Shown here piece by piece: positions 1 through 9,718 of a stretch of 29,992 nt of DNA. The notes below the pieces were generated by a model. It was not told the DNA's origin and made no database searches. It saw only the letters and a program-made list of their open reading frames with translations. The position numbers were made by a program, and so were the translations under genes. Source of the DNA: a virus (lineage: Duplodnaviria > Caudoviricetes); IMG/VR virus record IMGVR_UViG_3300016667_000580, positions 1-29,992 of that record. One strand, given 5' to 3'. The number at the start of each line of letters is the position of its first letter. The stretch's first letter is position 1.

Positions 1-1677
1 AAGGTCGCTTTCCATCGCCTTGAGTTCAGCCGCAGACGCCTTGCCACTTTCCTTGGCAACAGCCAATTCCCCTTCCATCAGGGAAATCTCGGTGTTCATT
101 TCGAACACACGACCGCGAGCCGCTTCGTATCGAGACTGCCCGCGTCGAGCCGCCATCTGCGTTTCCGCAATACGCGCCCCGGCCTCATCCATTTGCCGAG
201 CCAGAGTTTCGCGACGGCTTTCCAGCTTTCGCGCTTCCTGTTCCGCAAGGCTCATCTGTTCGGTAAGGCGTTGAGCATCGCCTTGCAGAACGGACTTCCG
301 TTCCTGATCCGCAAGCATGTTGCGGTATATGGTTTCCTCAAATTCAGCAGCCTTGGCCGCGATAGCCTTGGCGTTGAAAAGCCGAGGCAGATAGCCCCCC
401 GCAAATTTGGGAACATCGCCAATATCCGGTCGAATGTCTTCCGGAACGAGCGCGAAAACCTCATCCTGATAACGCTTCTGCAAAGCCGCCGCGCGCTTCA
501 CAAAGGGGTCCGCCAACTCCGCGCCATCAATACGGATCGCCTCTCCTACCCGCTCAAAGAACTGCCGAGGCGTCATCGGGCCATCGGAACCGAGAAGGTT
601 CTGCCGCACGGTATTTGTGACCATGCCGACCTTGCCTGCGAACCCTTCCAAGCCGCCAAGCGCCTTCCAGTAATCCGCGTACACTTGGTCCATGTCCTGA
701 ACATAGTTCCCAAGCAAACTGTCAATCTGGGCCTTGGCGCGAACCTCAACGGACCCGCCCGGAATGGTCGGTTGAAACCCGCCTTCCGCCGTGTTCGACA
801 TGACGCGAACGCCGCCCGGATCAGCCAATTGCGCCACGGCAGCACGAGACGCCGCTACATCCCGCGTCTGCATACGGGATAGGGGCGTCATGAACGCCGT
901 AAACTTTGCCAGCGCGCCAGAGCCAAGCCGGTCCACCATGCGAGTATCAACAGCCGGGGAAGCCGCCGCCGATGCAGATTGAGCCCCGGAAACCGGCATC
1001 ATCCGGATTTCGGGCGTGGGGTTCTTGCCGGACAGGTCATCAGCAACCCGAGCCGCAACATTGCGCGGAAGCTGACTAGCAGCGGCCCCAAGAATCCCGC
1101 CAAGAACAGCAGCGACCGCGACATTAACAACCGCTTCCAACGGCTCACGGGTTAATTGTGTGCCTTGAAGAATGCCTTCCTGAATAGCAGCACCGCCAGC
1201 AGCAGCCCCGGCCACAGACACCGCCGACCGGCCAAAGTTCGCCATGCGAGACCCGCCGCGCGCAATTACGCCGCCCGGCAAAAGAGAGGTCGGGGAAAGA
1301 ACGCCCGCAGCTAACCCCGCAACAGTTCCGAGCGCCCCGCTACTGTCGATGATTTTGGCGTTTTCCAGTTCCCGATCTATGCGAGACTGAACATTACGAG
1401 CTTCCCGAGAAGACCGGACACCGACAAAAGCGTCACCGTAATTGTTCAAGTATTTGGAACCAATCAGGTTTTTATCGGTGAATGCGCTGTAACCTTCTTC
1501 CGGCTCAAAGGAGTTTTCCCGCCCAAACACATCCACAAGCGCAAAAACATCGCTTTCCCGCTCAAATGTCGATTTGATCGTTTGTCCGATAGGCGGCGAC
1601 GGTTCAACCGCAGGCGGTTCAAAGCCACCAGATATGCGCGGCGTCACACCGTCAGGTTGTTCGTCCAAAAACGGCAT
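1..1677 (-). CDS. Large internal virion (DNA ejection) protein, N-terminal part; continues beyond the left window edge
   Basis: Absent from the ORF track because there is no stop in the window. ATG at 1677 has an upstream AGGA. I translated the first ~200 codons (MPFLDEQPDGVTPRISGG...GALGTVAGLAAGVLSPTSLLPGG...AAVLGGILGAAA) and the last 20 (VAKESGKASAAELKAMESDL); both are open in the same frame. Gly/Ala-rich hydrophobic segments and position after the SLT gene fit podovirus ejection proteins. Confidence 0.75.
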   Translation of the reverse strand, partial: MPFLDEQPDGVTPRISGGFEPPAVEPSPPIGQTIKSTFERESDVFALVDVFGRENSFEPEEGYSAFTDKNLIGSKYLNNYGDAFVGVRSSREARNVQSRIDRELENAKIIDSSGALGTVAGLAAGVLSPTSLLPGGVIARGGSRMANFGRSAVSVAGAAAGGAAIQEGILQGTQLTREPLEAVVNVAVAAVLGGILGAAASQLPRNVAARVADDLSGKNPTPEIRMMPVSGAQSASAAASPAVDTRMVDRLGSGALAKFTAFMTPLSRMQTRDVAASRAAVAQLADPGGVRVMSNTAEGGFQPTIPGGSVEVRAKAQIDSLLGNYVQDMDQVYADYWKALGGLEGFAGKVGMVTNTVRQNLLGSDGPMTPRQFFERVGEAIRIDGAELADPFVKRAAALQKRYQDEVFALVPEDIRPDIGDVPKFAGGYLPRLFNAKAIAAKAAEFEETIYRNMLADQERKSVLQGDAQRLTEQMSLAEQEARKLESRRETLARQMDEAGARIAETQMAARRGQSRYEAARGRVFEMNTEISLMEGELAVAKESGKASAAELKAMESDL

Positions 1678-1700
1678 TCAAACTTTCCTGTTTGGTCGGC

Positions 1701-1729
1701 TTCACACCGGAGAAAAGGCGCGATAAGTT
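1701..1729 (+). promoter_or_regulatory. Putative sigma70 promoter giving a leaderless mRNA for the 1736 gene
   Basis: TTCACA (1701-1706), 17 bp spacer, TAAGTT (1724-1729), then 6 nt to ATG 1736; no Shine-Dalgarno between the -10 and the ATG. Confidence 0.5.
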
Positions 1730-1735
1730 GCCGCC

Positions 1736-2023
1736 ATGCCAAAAGACATCGCCCCTCATCTGCGCATTCTTGCGTGGGTTACTGCCGCCGCACTTGGCGG
1801 GCTTTCTGGATTGATCATTTTCGCGCTTCAAACGGTCCCGCGGGGAACACCGTTTTTGCCGATCCTGATCTATACGATTATCGCTTTGGCCTCAGGGGCC
1901 GCAGCGGTGATGATCTGCATGTTCCTTGAACGCGGCGGGTTTACCGATTCGGTCATCAACCCGTTTTACCGGGAACCAAAGAAGCCGCCGGTTGACCCAA
2001 AAGACATAGACTGCGCTACTTAA
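1736..2023 (+). CDS. Small two-TM membrane protein (moron; superinfection-exclusion candidate)
   Basis: 95 aa with two hydrophobic helices (ILAWVTAAALGGLSGLIIFAL; FLPILIYTIIALASGAAAVMICMFL). Fills the gap between two minus-strand virion genes in the opposite orientation. Confidence 0.7.
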   Translation: MPKDIAPHLRILAWVTAAALGGLSGLIIFALQTVPRGTPFLPILIYTIIALASGAAAVMICMFLERGGFTDSVINPFYREPKKPPVDPKDIDCAT

Positions 2024-4574
2024 AGCGAAGCGGATTAGATGGATCGGTTGCCGCCGTGGCCCGTTCCATCGTTGAACGCTCCGTCTCATCAAGTCGGGCA
2101 CGGGCTTGCGCATCACGCTCCGTCAGGCCGGACATGTTTTCGTCCTGAACTTTCTTGACGTCAAAATAGAAGCTGCCTTTTGGCTCCCATATCTGCGTTT
2201 CCGGGTTCATCACCAAGACGCTCCATGCCGGGGACTGACGCCCGCCCGCCAACGTGCGGCCAGCCCGCAGAGCATCAATTTCCGCTTTTGTTTCCGGCAT
2301 CGGAACAAGCGCATATTTTGGCGTTGCCGCAAACCCGAACATGTTCGTCGGGTTGCCCATTCGGTCCCGAAGACCATCTTCAAGTTGCTTTTGGTATGGC
2401 TTGAAGCCGCCGTTGATCGGTGGCAGCAGGGTTTCCGGAGCGTACTTCATCAGACGACCGCCGCCCAATTTTGAATCCGCCCATGTCATTTTGACAACAC
2501 GGCCAGCGTATTCATGAGCCTGCTTTTCATCCCCGGTTTTACCGTAGCCTTCGGCAAACGCATCAGCGTATTCTTCTCGCAGGATTCCAACGCCCGGATA
2601 TCGGTCGGCGTTAACCGGTGCATCAGGCGTCCCAACAAACGGAATCCAGCTACTATCAAACTTGTCGAGGATTTCGGTGTCCGACATTTTCTTGATAACA
2701 TCGCGCGCCGTCTTTTCCCGTTCATCCGTCGCCTTCTGCATCGACGGGTCCATCGACCGGCGCGCCTCCTCATAGAACCGCTTTGGGTCGCGATCTATCT
2801 GAGCCCGCCAGCTTTGCAGCGTGTTAAAAGTTTCTTTGCCGAAAGCATTCAGGAACGCGCCCGGATTGCGCCTGTCCATAAGGTCCAGAACCGACAAAGC
2901 ATATTCAAGCTGTTGCGGGTTGCCAGAACGGATCGAGCTTTCCAAGAACCCTTTCTGCTTGTCGGGAACAGCGCCAGTGCGCTCAAATAGTTGAGAAGCG
3001 CGAGAAGCCGCGACCGGGTCGCCCTTGGTCATCGCTTCCGTTAGCCCTGTTCGCTCATCCAACGTTGCCAGCCCGTCTTTGTGTTCCGGGTCGCGCGGAT
3101 TAAAAACACCGTTTGGATTGTTCAGAACGGACAGAACCGCATCAAGCGAAGCACCGTCTTTCTGGTACTTGTCGATTTGCGCCTTGACGCTGTTATACTC
3201 CTCAAAGCTTTTGAAACGACCATTTTTGAAATCTTGGTCGATTTCTTCTAGCGTCACTTTTCCCTTTGACGCATCAAATTGCAGGCCATCTACCCACTGT
3301 TTGCGGCTAAATTCTTCCTGTGCAGCAACTTCGCGGCGGTTCGCCAAGACCTCGCCTTGCGCTTTTTCCATCATTACGCGGCGCTTATCCGGGTCAATGA
3401 ACTCGGCCAAATCAGCACGGGAACCAGCCCCGCCCATCTTGCGCTCAGCCCATGCGCGAACTTCGCCAACAGTTTTCCCGGCAAGGATCGACTTGTTTGC
3501 CGCAATAGCAGCCGCCGGGACGTAATCCGAAATTGGCGCATTAGCATCAGCTTTAGCAACCGCAGGAGCAGCGTCCGGACCAAGGAAATGCGCAAGGTAA
3601 AGATTGCCCGGAGTAGCCTCCACTCCCACCGCCTTGAGCTTGCCTGCGTTTTCCTCAGTGTAGCGCGTCGTCATTTCGCGAGACAACTGAGGATTTGATT
3701 TCATAGCTATGATCTGCGCAGGCGATTGCCCTTGAGCAAGATCGGGCCGGTAGCGCGTGACCATATCCAGCCACGTTGCATCAATGAACTGCCCCAATCC
3801 TCGCGCAGACGAATTAGGATTTGCCGCGTTAGCATTACCGCCGGACTCAACACCAATGATGCGATTGACAACGCCCTCAATTCCAGTGACGCGCCCGCCT
3901 AGAGCGTCAATTCTGTCTTCCGGCTTTAGGCTCATCAACGTGGCTTCCGCCGCGTTTCTCACCCATTGCTGGCGAAACTGATACGCTTTGGAATCGTCAA
4001 TAATGCCACGTGCGCGGAGGTCTTCTACAACCCCATGCCCCGCCTTGATGACCTCGGTTCGCATCCCTTCGTCATCGGTCGCGTTGACATATGTCCTTTG
4101 CAGATTGTCCAGCACTTCAAGGCCAGTCGTCAGGTAGCTGTCATTGGTCCGCTTGAGCGCCTTTTGTTCAATGCCAGCCACCCCGCGAGCAATATCGTCA
4201 CGGCGTTTCTGCATCCAGACTTCACGAACGCGCGGGTCCGAGATGTTGCCAGCAGCTTGAGCGGCAATCTGATTGATGCCGGTCTCGTAACGCTTGTTCC
4301 AGTTCTGATAGTCCTGATCTGAGTCGTTGAACTGTTTTTCAAATTCGATTTTTTTGGTCAGAAAGTCTGCATCCGCCCGAGCGCCGCCGATCTGCAAATC
4401 TTCCGACGCAACCTTGTCGGCATAGCGCCCAACTTCCTGCCCGAGATTTGCAACACCCGCGCCAAGCCGCGCCACGCCCTGCGCAATTGGGGAGGCGTCA
4501 ATTTGCGCGATAGGCCGGTTGCTATGTGCAGACGGCAGGCCGCCAAGTTCTGTATCAGACGGGAGACGAGCCAA
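2016..4574 (-). CDS. Internal virion/ejection protein with lytic transglycosylase (SLT-like) domain
   Basis: 852 aa; lysozyme-like motifs IIGVESGG..A.NPNSSARGLGQF and NLYLAHFLGP; position in the ejection-protein cluster. Confidence 0.85.
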   Translation of the reverse strand: MARLPSDTELGGLPSAHSNRPIAQIDASPIAQGVARLGAGVANLGQEVGRYADKVASEDLQIGGARADADFLTKKIEFEKQFNDSDQDYQNWNKRYETGINQIAAQAAGNISDPRVREVWMQKRRDDIARGVAGIEQKALKRTNDSYLTTGLEVLDNLQRTYVNATDDEGMRTEVIKAGHGVVEDLRARGIIDDSKAYQFRQQWVRNAAEATLMSLKPEDRIDALGGRVTGIEGVVNRIIGVESGGNANAANPNSSARGLGQFIDATWLDMVTRYRPDLAQGQSPAQIIAMKSNPQLSREMTTRYTEENAGKLKAVGVEATPGNLYLAHFLGPDAAPAVAKADANAPISDYVPAAAIAANKSILAGKTVGEVRAWAERKMGGAGSRADLAEFIDPDKRRVMMEKAQGEVLANRREVAAQEEFSRKQWVDGLQFDASKGKVTLEEIDQDFKNGRFKSFEEYNSVKAQIDKYQKDGASLDAVLSVLNNPNGVFNPRDPEHKDGLATLDERTGLTEAMTKGDPVAASRASQLFERTGAVPDKQKGFLESSIRSGNPQQLEYALSVLDLMDRRNPGAFLNAFGKETFNTLQSWRAQIDRDPKRFYEEARRSMDPSMQKATDEREKTARDVIKKMSDTEILDKFDSSWIPFVGTPDAPVNADRYPGVGILREEYADAFAEGYGKTGDEKQAHEYAGRVVKMTWADSKLGGGRLMKYAPETLLPPINGGFKPYQKQLEDGLRDRMGNPTNMFGFAATPKYALVPMPETKAEIDALRAGRTLAGGRQSPAWSVLVMNPETQIWEPKGSFYFDVKKVQDENMSGLTERDAQARARLDETERSTMERATAATDPSNPLRFK

Positions 4575-5120
4575 TTAGCCATACCTCTGAGCAGAAGGAC
4601 GGATATCGAGAGGGCTGGACGGCAGCGAGAACCCCCCGCCCGGCATACTGGCATAGCGGGAAAAGCCCGTTCCAACGCCGTTCAGCAACGTGCCCGCCGC
4701 CGAATACTGCGATCCAATCTTGGCCGCCTCGCCATCGTATCGAGACGCCTTGGCCTGATCCATCAAACCGCGCGAACGATTTTCGCCGGAATAGAGATCC
4801 ATCAAAGCCTGATATTCGCCACGGCCTGCAATCTCTGACCCTAGTTTGACGACCGTATCGTCCGTCGTGTCGCCGCTGCCCTGAGCCGCCGCACGGGCCT
4901 GCAAGGTGGATTGCGTCAAGGCTGTCTGGCGCTGGCGTTCGAAGGCCTGCCGCTGACCCGCAGCCTGCGCTTCCTTCGCAGCCATTTCCTGCTGTTGAGC
5001 CTTGTAGTTTGCAGACTGTTGCGCAGCCTCACCAGCCGCAAGAGTGCCCGCCGCAGACACCGCAGTCCCAAGGCCGCCCACTACGAGCGACATAACCGAA
5101 AGCGTCATCGGGTCATACAC
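4575..5120 (-). CDS. Small internal virion protein (positional analogue of T7 gp14)
   Basis: Preferred start is GTG 5120 (VYDPMT, resembling MCDP-type starts). Hydrophobic Gly/Ala N-terminus followed by Q/A-rich helices. Confidence 0.7.
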   Translation of the reverse strand: MYDPMTLSVMSLVVGGLGTAVSAAGTLAAGEAAQQSANYKAQQQEMAAKEAQAAGQRQAFERQRQTALTQSTLQARAAAQGSGDTTDDTVVKLGSEIAGRGEYQALMDLYSGENRSRGLMDQAKASRYDGEAAKIGSQYSAAGTLLNGVGTGFSRYASMPGGGFSLPSSPLDIRPSAQRYG

Positions 5121-5151
5121 AACCCCGCGAGGCCGGTAGTCTCCGCAAAGA

Positions 5152-5520
5152 TTAGGTCGCAGCATGGATGAAAACTTTCTGCCCGCCTACCATGTGTTTA
5201 ACGAACCCCAATCGCTCCAGCCATTCATCGGCCCGAGGGACTTGCGTAAATGTCGTGGCGATCATGGGGCCGTTTTTCGATTCTTTACGCACGAACGCGA
5301 GGCCCGTCTTGTGCAGCGTTTTGGCGTAGCGCCGCGCCCCGTCTTTCAGATCGACAAAGGCGTAGCGGGTTCCATCCGGCAGCACCATGAGGCCGCCTAT
5401 GCCGAGAATATTCCCGTCATTATCCCGAGCCGTCCACGCCTTGACGCGGAAGTCCGGGAGCATGCCGAACGCCGTCAGGAAGTCGCCCGGCACACTTGGC
5501 CGAACGTCAACCCTACCCAC
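5152..5520 (-). CDS. GNAT-fold-like virion assembly protein (analogue of T7 gp13)
   Basis: C-terminal ADEWLERLGF motif typical of GNAT folds; located directly after tail tubular B. GTG 5520 overlaps the upstream stop. Confidence 0.6.
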   Translation of the reverse strand: MGRVDVRPSVPGDFLTAFGMLPDFRVKAWTARDNDGNILGIGGLMVLPDGTRYAFVDLKDGARRYAKTLHKTGLAFVRKESKNGPMIATTFTQVPRADEWLERLGFVKHMVGGQKVFIHAAT

Positions 5521-8215
5521 TCGTAGCCATGCCAAATGTGACGCCCAATATCGTCACAGGGCGCGGGGCCTGACCACGGATGTAGATGCGAGAGTCCACA
5601 TCCCACTTGCCGTTGAACGGAATGGACTGTTGATCGTAAGATGTATGGATGGCGTCCGGATCGACCGTCGTCCCGTCTTCAATCTCCGGCAGATCATCCA
5701 GATAGTCCGGATCGGAGCCAAACGTGACCGCCTTCGGGTGCGCGTTCTGCATCACAAACCCAAGATGATCGACGCGCTTGGGACGATTGATCGCCGTCCC
5801 CTGCATGGCCGCATAAGCCAGTTTGGCCGACTTGAAGTTTGCCGTGTAGCCCAACCCGACCACGGCGTTCTCGACTTCCACCGGCAGCGTGATTGAGCCG
5901 CCCGTCACCGTGAAGCCCGACACGTCATTGTCATAGGCTACGTCCTTCCCGTCAGCCCACACCAGAACCGTTTCACCTTCCAGATGATCGAGGCCGGTAA
6001 TCGTATCGGTTGCCGCGCCCTGATAGGTCGCGCTGCTATCGAGACATTTGGAAATCGTTCCGCCGATGCACTCGCTAATCAATGAAAACCGCTCATGATA
6101 GCGCCGCGTCGTGCCGTTGATCGTCCGTTTGACCGTGTAATAAACCCGGTCTTCCTCATCGCCTGGAAGAACAAACACGTCCTCGACAAGCCCGCCTGCC
6201 CCATCGGTCAGAACCCGATACCAGCATTCGACCTGATCGTCCTTGTCGTACATGAACACCGCGACCGTTCCGTCGCTCCGGACGAAATGGATACGGGCCT
6301 CCGGCTGTCTCTGGACCGCAACCGCCACAATTGAGGGCGAACAAATCTCAGGGTTTAGCCGTGTAAAATCTACCGGCTTGTAATCCGATATCTGCACGTC
6401 ATAGGCCGCGCCATAAACGCGCCGCCCTGATTGACCCACAAACAGCCCGACCGTATCGACACGCACCGCAGGCAGTTGCGACGTGCCGACCGTAATGGAC
6501 GGTTTCATATTGAAGTTGGTCGGCGTGAGAGGTTCGTCAAAGCTGTTCGACCGCGCCGTGTGAATGGCAAGGTCCGCACCGGCCATAAGGCGGGTCATGG
6601 GCAGGAGCCAGTTCAGGCTCGCCACGGGACCGGAGCCAATTGTCCTTTGGATCGGTCCAGCGTCCCCTTCCTTGTCGTAGTCGAAGGAATCGTACACGTC
6701 CGAGACGGAGCCGATGATTTTGGAATTGCCGCCGAAATACAGCCGCCCCTCATGGAGCGCCACAGCCGTAGGCCAGCCCGCCTCATCAGACCATTCAGAC
6801 AGACGCCAGTCGGTCGCGTATTCATCGCGCCAGAATGCGCGGATGGTTTCGGCCTCTACCGATGTTTCATCGGTATATTCGGTAATGCGGGCAACCCCGT
6901 AGTTGCCGCCGCCGCGATAGTTGAGCGAAACCGTGATCGACCCGCTTGTGTAGTCGCCCGGCAGAAAGCGCGCCCGATACCAGCAGACGACATTATCGAG
7001 CGTGTCGTCCATGACGATATTCTGGTTTGTGGTATATTGGGCGAAGATGTTGAACCCGGCGTCTTCGCTTTCAAATGAGCGTTCTACCGTGATCGTGCCG
7101 ACCCACGTTCCGCTTGTCTGGAAACGGAACTGGCGGTCGGTCGTGCCGCTTGTCGTGCCCGCCGAGTTGGTCGTTTTGGACACACCCGAAACCCGAATGG
7201 CCCGCGTTGGGGCGTCTTCCGCCGCAAGCGTTTGCGTCACATACTGCCCGCCGTGGAACATCCGGATCAGAGCGCCCACATGCCCAGACCTGAACAGGGA
7301 CTTCGAGGCCGTGATGGTGATGTTGCCATTGCCAACCGACGACGGTTTGACCTTGATCGAACTGTCCCCGGCAAATGACGGGAACGGCCCGTCCTGTGTC
7401 TTGAACTTGACGAACGAATAGGACCGCGCGCCGGAGCGAACAATCTTGCGCGGCTGATAGCCTGAGCAGGCCAAGAACATCACGTCAGCAGATGTATCAT
7501 ACCGGATATTCGGCAAATCCGCTTCCGTATATTCTGTATCGAACAGCACACGCCCGGCGCTCTCAATGCCAATCGTGGAAACCACGCGCAAACACGGCGA
7601 AGTGCTTTCGAAATGGATGTAAACCGTTCCGGCATTTGGCGTAAACGCAAGAGAATGTTCACCATCGTCAAGGATGGTTCGCTGGAACAGGTTCTGAGAA
7701 CCGAGCGTCGTTCCCGCATAGAACGTCACCGGCCCTGTCCCGATATCAATCCGGAACCCATGTTCGGTGGCTTGGTCGCCCGGAGCGATTGTCAGGGTCG
7801 AATAGGCATAGGAGACAGACCCCGCCAGAACGCCGGAGATTTCAATCGTGGTCCCAAGTGTGACGGTCGAACCGGTACTGGCGACACCCGTCCAAGGCGG
7901 GATGGTGGTCGACACAGCCGAACGAGTGATCGGCGCTTCATTGACCATCGGCCTCAATGTGAGGTCGGTAAATTCCATCCATGCGGTATCATTGGCCCCG
8001 AACACAAACGGCAGCGTCCGGCTCTTGCTGTAATTCTCGGTGTCCGAAATGTACTCGGTTCCGGGCCTCAACATCATCGGCCCGAGCGGGCGAGGAAGCC
8101 AGTTGATTTGTTCCTCAGCCGAGAGTTTCAGCCGTTCAAGGTCAACCCGGAGCAGCGCAAGGGTGCTGATCTCGCCCCGGTTGAGGGCGTAGAACGGGAT
8201 ATTTTGGTCAGCCAT
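5513..8215 (-). CDS. Tail tubular protein B / nozzle (T7 gp12-like)
   Basis: 900 aa; N-terminal LNRGEIS...NWLPRPLGPMMLRPGT, internal WPTAVALHEGRLYFGG, C-terminal VVGLGYTA; follows the adaptor gene. Confidence 0.85.
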   Translation of the reverse strand: MADQNIPFYALNRGEISTLALLRVDLERLKLSAEEQINWLPRPLGPMMLRPGTEYISDTENYSKSRTLPFVFGANDTAWMEFTDLTLRPMVNEAPITRSAVSTTIPPWTGVASTGSTVTLGTTIEISGVLAGSVSYAYSTLTIAPGDQATEHGFRIDIGTGPVTFYAGTTLGSQNLFQRTILDDGEHSLAFTPNAGTVYIHFESTSPCLRVVSTIGIESAGRVLFDTEYTEADLPNIRYDTSADVMFLACSGYQPRKIVRSGARSYSFVKFKTQDGPFPSFAGDSSIKVKPSSVGNGNITITASKSLFRSGHVGALIRMFHGGQYVTQTLAAEDAPTRAIRVSGVSKTTNSAGTTSGTTDRQFRFQTSGTWVGTITVERSFESEDAGFNIFAQYTTNQNIVMDDTLDNVVCWYRARFLPGDYTSGSITVSLNYRGGGNYGVARITEYTDETSVEAETIRAFWRDEYATDWRLSEWSDEAGWPTAVALHEGRLYFGGNSKIIGSVSDVYDSFDYDKEGDAGPIQRTIGSGPVASLNWLLPMTRLMAGADLAIHTARSNSFDEPLTPTNFNMKPSITVGTSQLPAVRVDTVGLFVGQSGRRVYGAAYDVQISDYKPVDFTRLNPEICSPSIVAVAVQRQPEARIHFVRSDGTVAVFMYDKDDQVECWYRVLTDGAGGLVEDVFVLPGDEEDRVYYTVKRTINGTTRRYHERFSLISECIGGTISKCLDSSATYQGAATDTITGLDHLEGETVLVWADGKDVAYDNDVSGFTVTGGSITLPVEVENAVVGLGYTANFKSAKLAYAAMQGTAINRPKRVDHLGFVMQNAHPKAVTFGSDPDYLDDLPEIEDGTTVDPDAIHTSYDQQSIPFNGKWDVDSRIYIRGQAPRPVTILGVTFGMATSG

Positions 8216-8850
8216 CAGCGATTAAGGCCATAGCTGTAGATGCCTTGCAGGCTACCGCGACGGCGCGACCGCGCCCATGTGCCGGTCGGCTGGCGAAGCG
8301 GCGGACCCTGCTGCGCATCACGGGAAGCGGCTTTCTTGCGGGCCTTCTCGCGCTCAACCCGGATCGTATCCCGCAAAGCTTTGTCCTGCGTGATCCGGAA
8401 CGAACAACGGTTCGCCATATCAACCGCAACAAAGTCCGCGAAATAGGCGGGCCACTTTGCGAGGTTCAGGCCGAAGTCGGCATGTTTGGAGATATATGTG
8501 ACGTAGATCGGTTCTACGTTTGCCCGGAAATATCCGTTTTCGTTCACATACTCATTGAGCGGCTGGCTCATCATTTCATCAGCCGAAAGGGCGTAGAGCT
8601 TGACCCAATCGTCTTCCGGCTGCGCAAACAAATAGGCATAGCCGAATTCTGGTGCAGCGTCGGTTTCCGCATCAATGATAATGGTGCGCCGGGCGAAATG
8701 CCAATCGCCGTCCTCAAGACAGGACAGCCACGCAGCATCGTAAACATCGTCCAGCGCTCGACGTGCTTCGACGTTCTCGCTCAAGCTCGCAAGCTTGCGC
8801 TCCCCGAAATGGGCCAGCGCCTTGTTATAGAGTTCAAGCTGAGACGTCAT
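8215..8850 (-). CDS. Tail tubular protein A / adaptor (T7 gp11-like)
   Basis: 211 aa; LELYNKALAHFGE, WHFARR and WPAYFADFVA motifs; coupled to the nozzle gene. Confidence 0.85.
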   Translation of the reverse strand: MTSQLELYNKALAHFGERKLASLSENVEARRALDDVYDAAWLSCLEDGDWHFARRTIIIDAETDAAPEFGYAYLFAQPEDDWVKLYALSADEMMSQPLNEYVNENGYFRANVEPIYVTYISKHADFGLNLAKWPAYFADFVAVDMANRCSFRITQDKALRDTIRVEREKARKKAASRDAQQGPPLRQPTGTWARSRRRGSLQGIYSYGLNR

Positions 8851-8863
8851 TCAAAGCCTCTTG

Positions 8864-9310
8864 TCAGGCAGCGACAGCGCGCGGAATGCCACGAATGTAG
8901 GATTCCGCATCCTCGGCGTTTTCAAAGCGGTCTTTCATGACCGTGCCGTCAGCGCGCATGGCGGCATACTTGCCATGAGGCCCGCGCCACTTGACGTAAT
9001 AGTCCTGTTCTTTCTTTTCCGACATCAAGCCGCCCATCTGGTGCTTAACGAGCAGATGGACCTTTGCCCAAGCGCGTTCGACCTGAACGACGACAAATTC
9101 AGCCATCCATGACTGATCTTCGGCCCATGCCTCGATGCGGTCGGTCGGGCGAAGCTGGCCGGTGACATGCTGCCAGAAGTCCACTTTGAGCATGTCATCA
9201 ATGGTGACGCCGTGTTCGGGCGTGACGTACCACACGTTTCGTTTGTGGGTGGCGTCTGCGATGCGGCCCTGCAAAAGCGGCTTGAAAGTGACGGGCTGTT
9301 CTTTGGACAT
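8864..9310 (-). CDS. Hypothetical phage protein in the morphogenesis block
   Basis: 148 aa ORF with GAGGA RBS, filling the gap between capsid and tail genes. Confidence 0.7.
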   Translation of the reverse strand: MSKEQPVTFKPLLQGRIADATHKRNVWYVTPEHGVTIDDMLKVDFWQHVTGQLRPTDRIEAWAEDQSWMAEFVVVQVERAWAKVHLLVKHQMGGLMSEKKEQDYYVKWRGPHGKYAAMRADGTVMKDRFENAEDAESYIRGIPRAVAA

Positions 9311-9323
9311 TCATCCTCGCGGG

Positions 9324-9350
9324 AAAGGGGCGGGAGCCGAAACCCCCGCC
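9324..9350 (-). terminator. GC-rich UUCG hairpin after the capsid-associated gene (weak terminator or processing stem)
   Basis: Minus strand GGCGGGGGT-TTCG-GCTCCCGCC followed by CCTTT; the U-tract is short. Confidence 0.45.
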
Positions 9351-9364
9351 TGTTGAACCGACAA

Positions 9365-9655
9365 TTAGTCGGAGTTGGTTGCCGAGCCGACCGTGGTGCC
9401 GTCCGCAAGGTCCACAGCGCCCGGAGCGGTGCTGGAAACAGTCACGACGACATGGATGGTGGCCGACTTGGAATCGGTCTTCCAATAGGTCACGAGGTCA
9501 TTGACCTTCATGCCAAGCGCGCCGCCATTGGTGATGTAGCCGGTCGTATCGACCGTGGCGGCGGTATCGGTGCCGGTCAGGAACCACATACGCGGAACGC
9601 TGTTGGTCATGGCCTGAGTGACAAGGACGGGCGGCGAAGAAGTCGAGTAAGCCAT
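9365..9655 (-). CDS. Small capsid decoration/cement-like protein
   Basis: 96 aa, Thr/Ser-rich and beta-type (GYITNGGALGMKVNDLV); strong AAGGA RBS; directly after the major capsid gene. Confidence 0.65.
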   Translation of the reverse strand: MAYSTSSPPVLVTQAMTNSVPRMWFLTGTDTAATVDTTGYITNGGALGMKVNDLVTYWKTDSKSATIHVVVTVSSTAPGAVDLADGTTVGSATNSD

Positions 9656-9680
9656 CTGGCTATCCTTTCAAGAATTGAGG

Positions 9681-9716
9681 AAAAGGAACGCCGGAGCTTG
9701 ACGCCCCGGCTATCCC
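9681..9716 (-). terminator. Rho-independent terminator-like hairpin downstream of the major capsid gene
   Basis: Minus strand GGGATA-GCCGGGGC-GTCAA-GCTCCGGC-GTTCC-TTTT. Confidence 0.55.
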
Positions 9717-9718
9717 GA

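Noticed and set aside
20-982. Plus-strand ORFs such as 193..882
   Set aside because: Antisense shadows of the minus-strand ejection gene 1..1677; no recognisable motifs.
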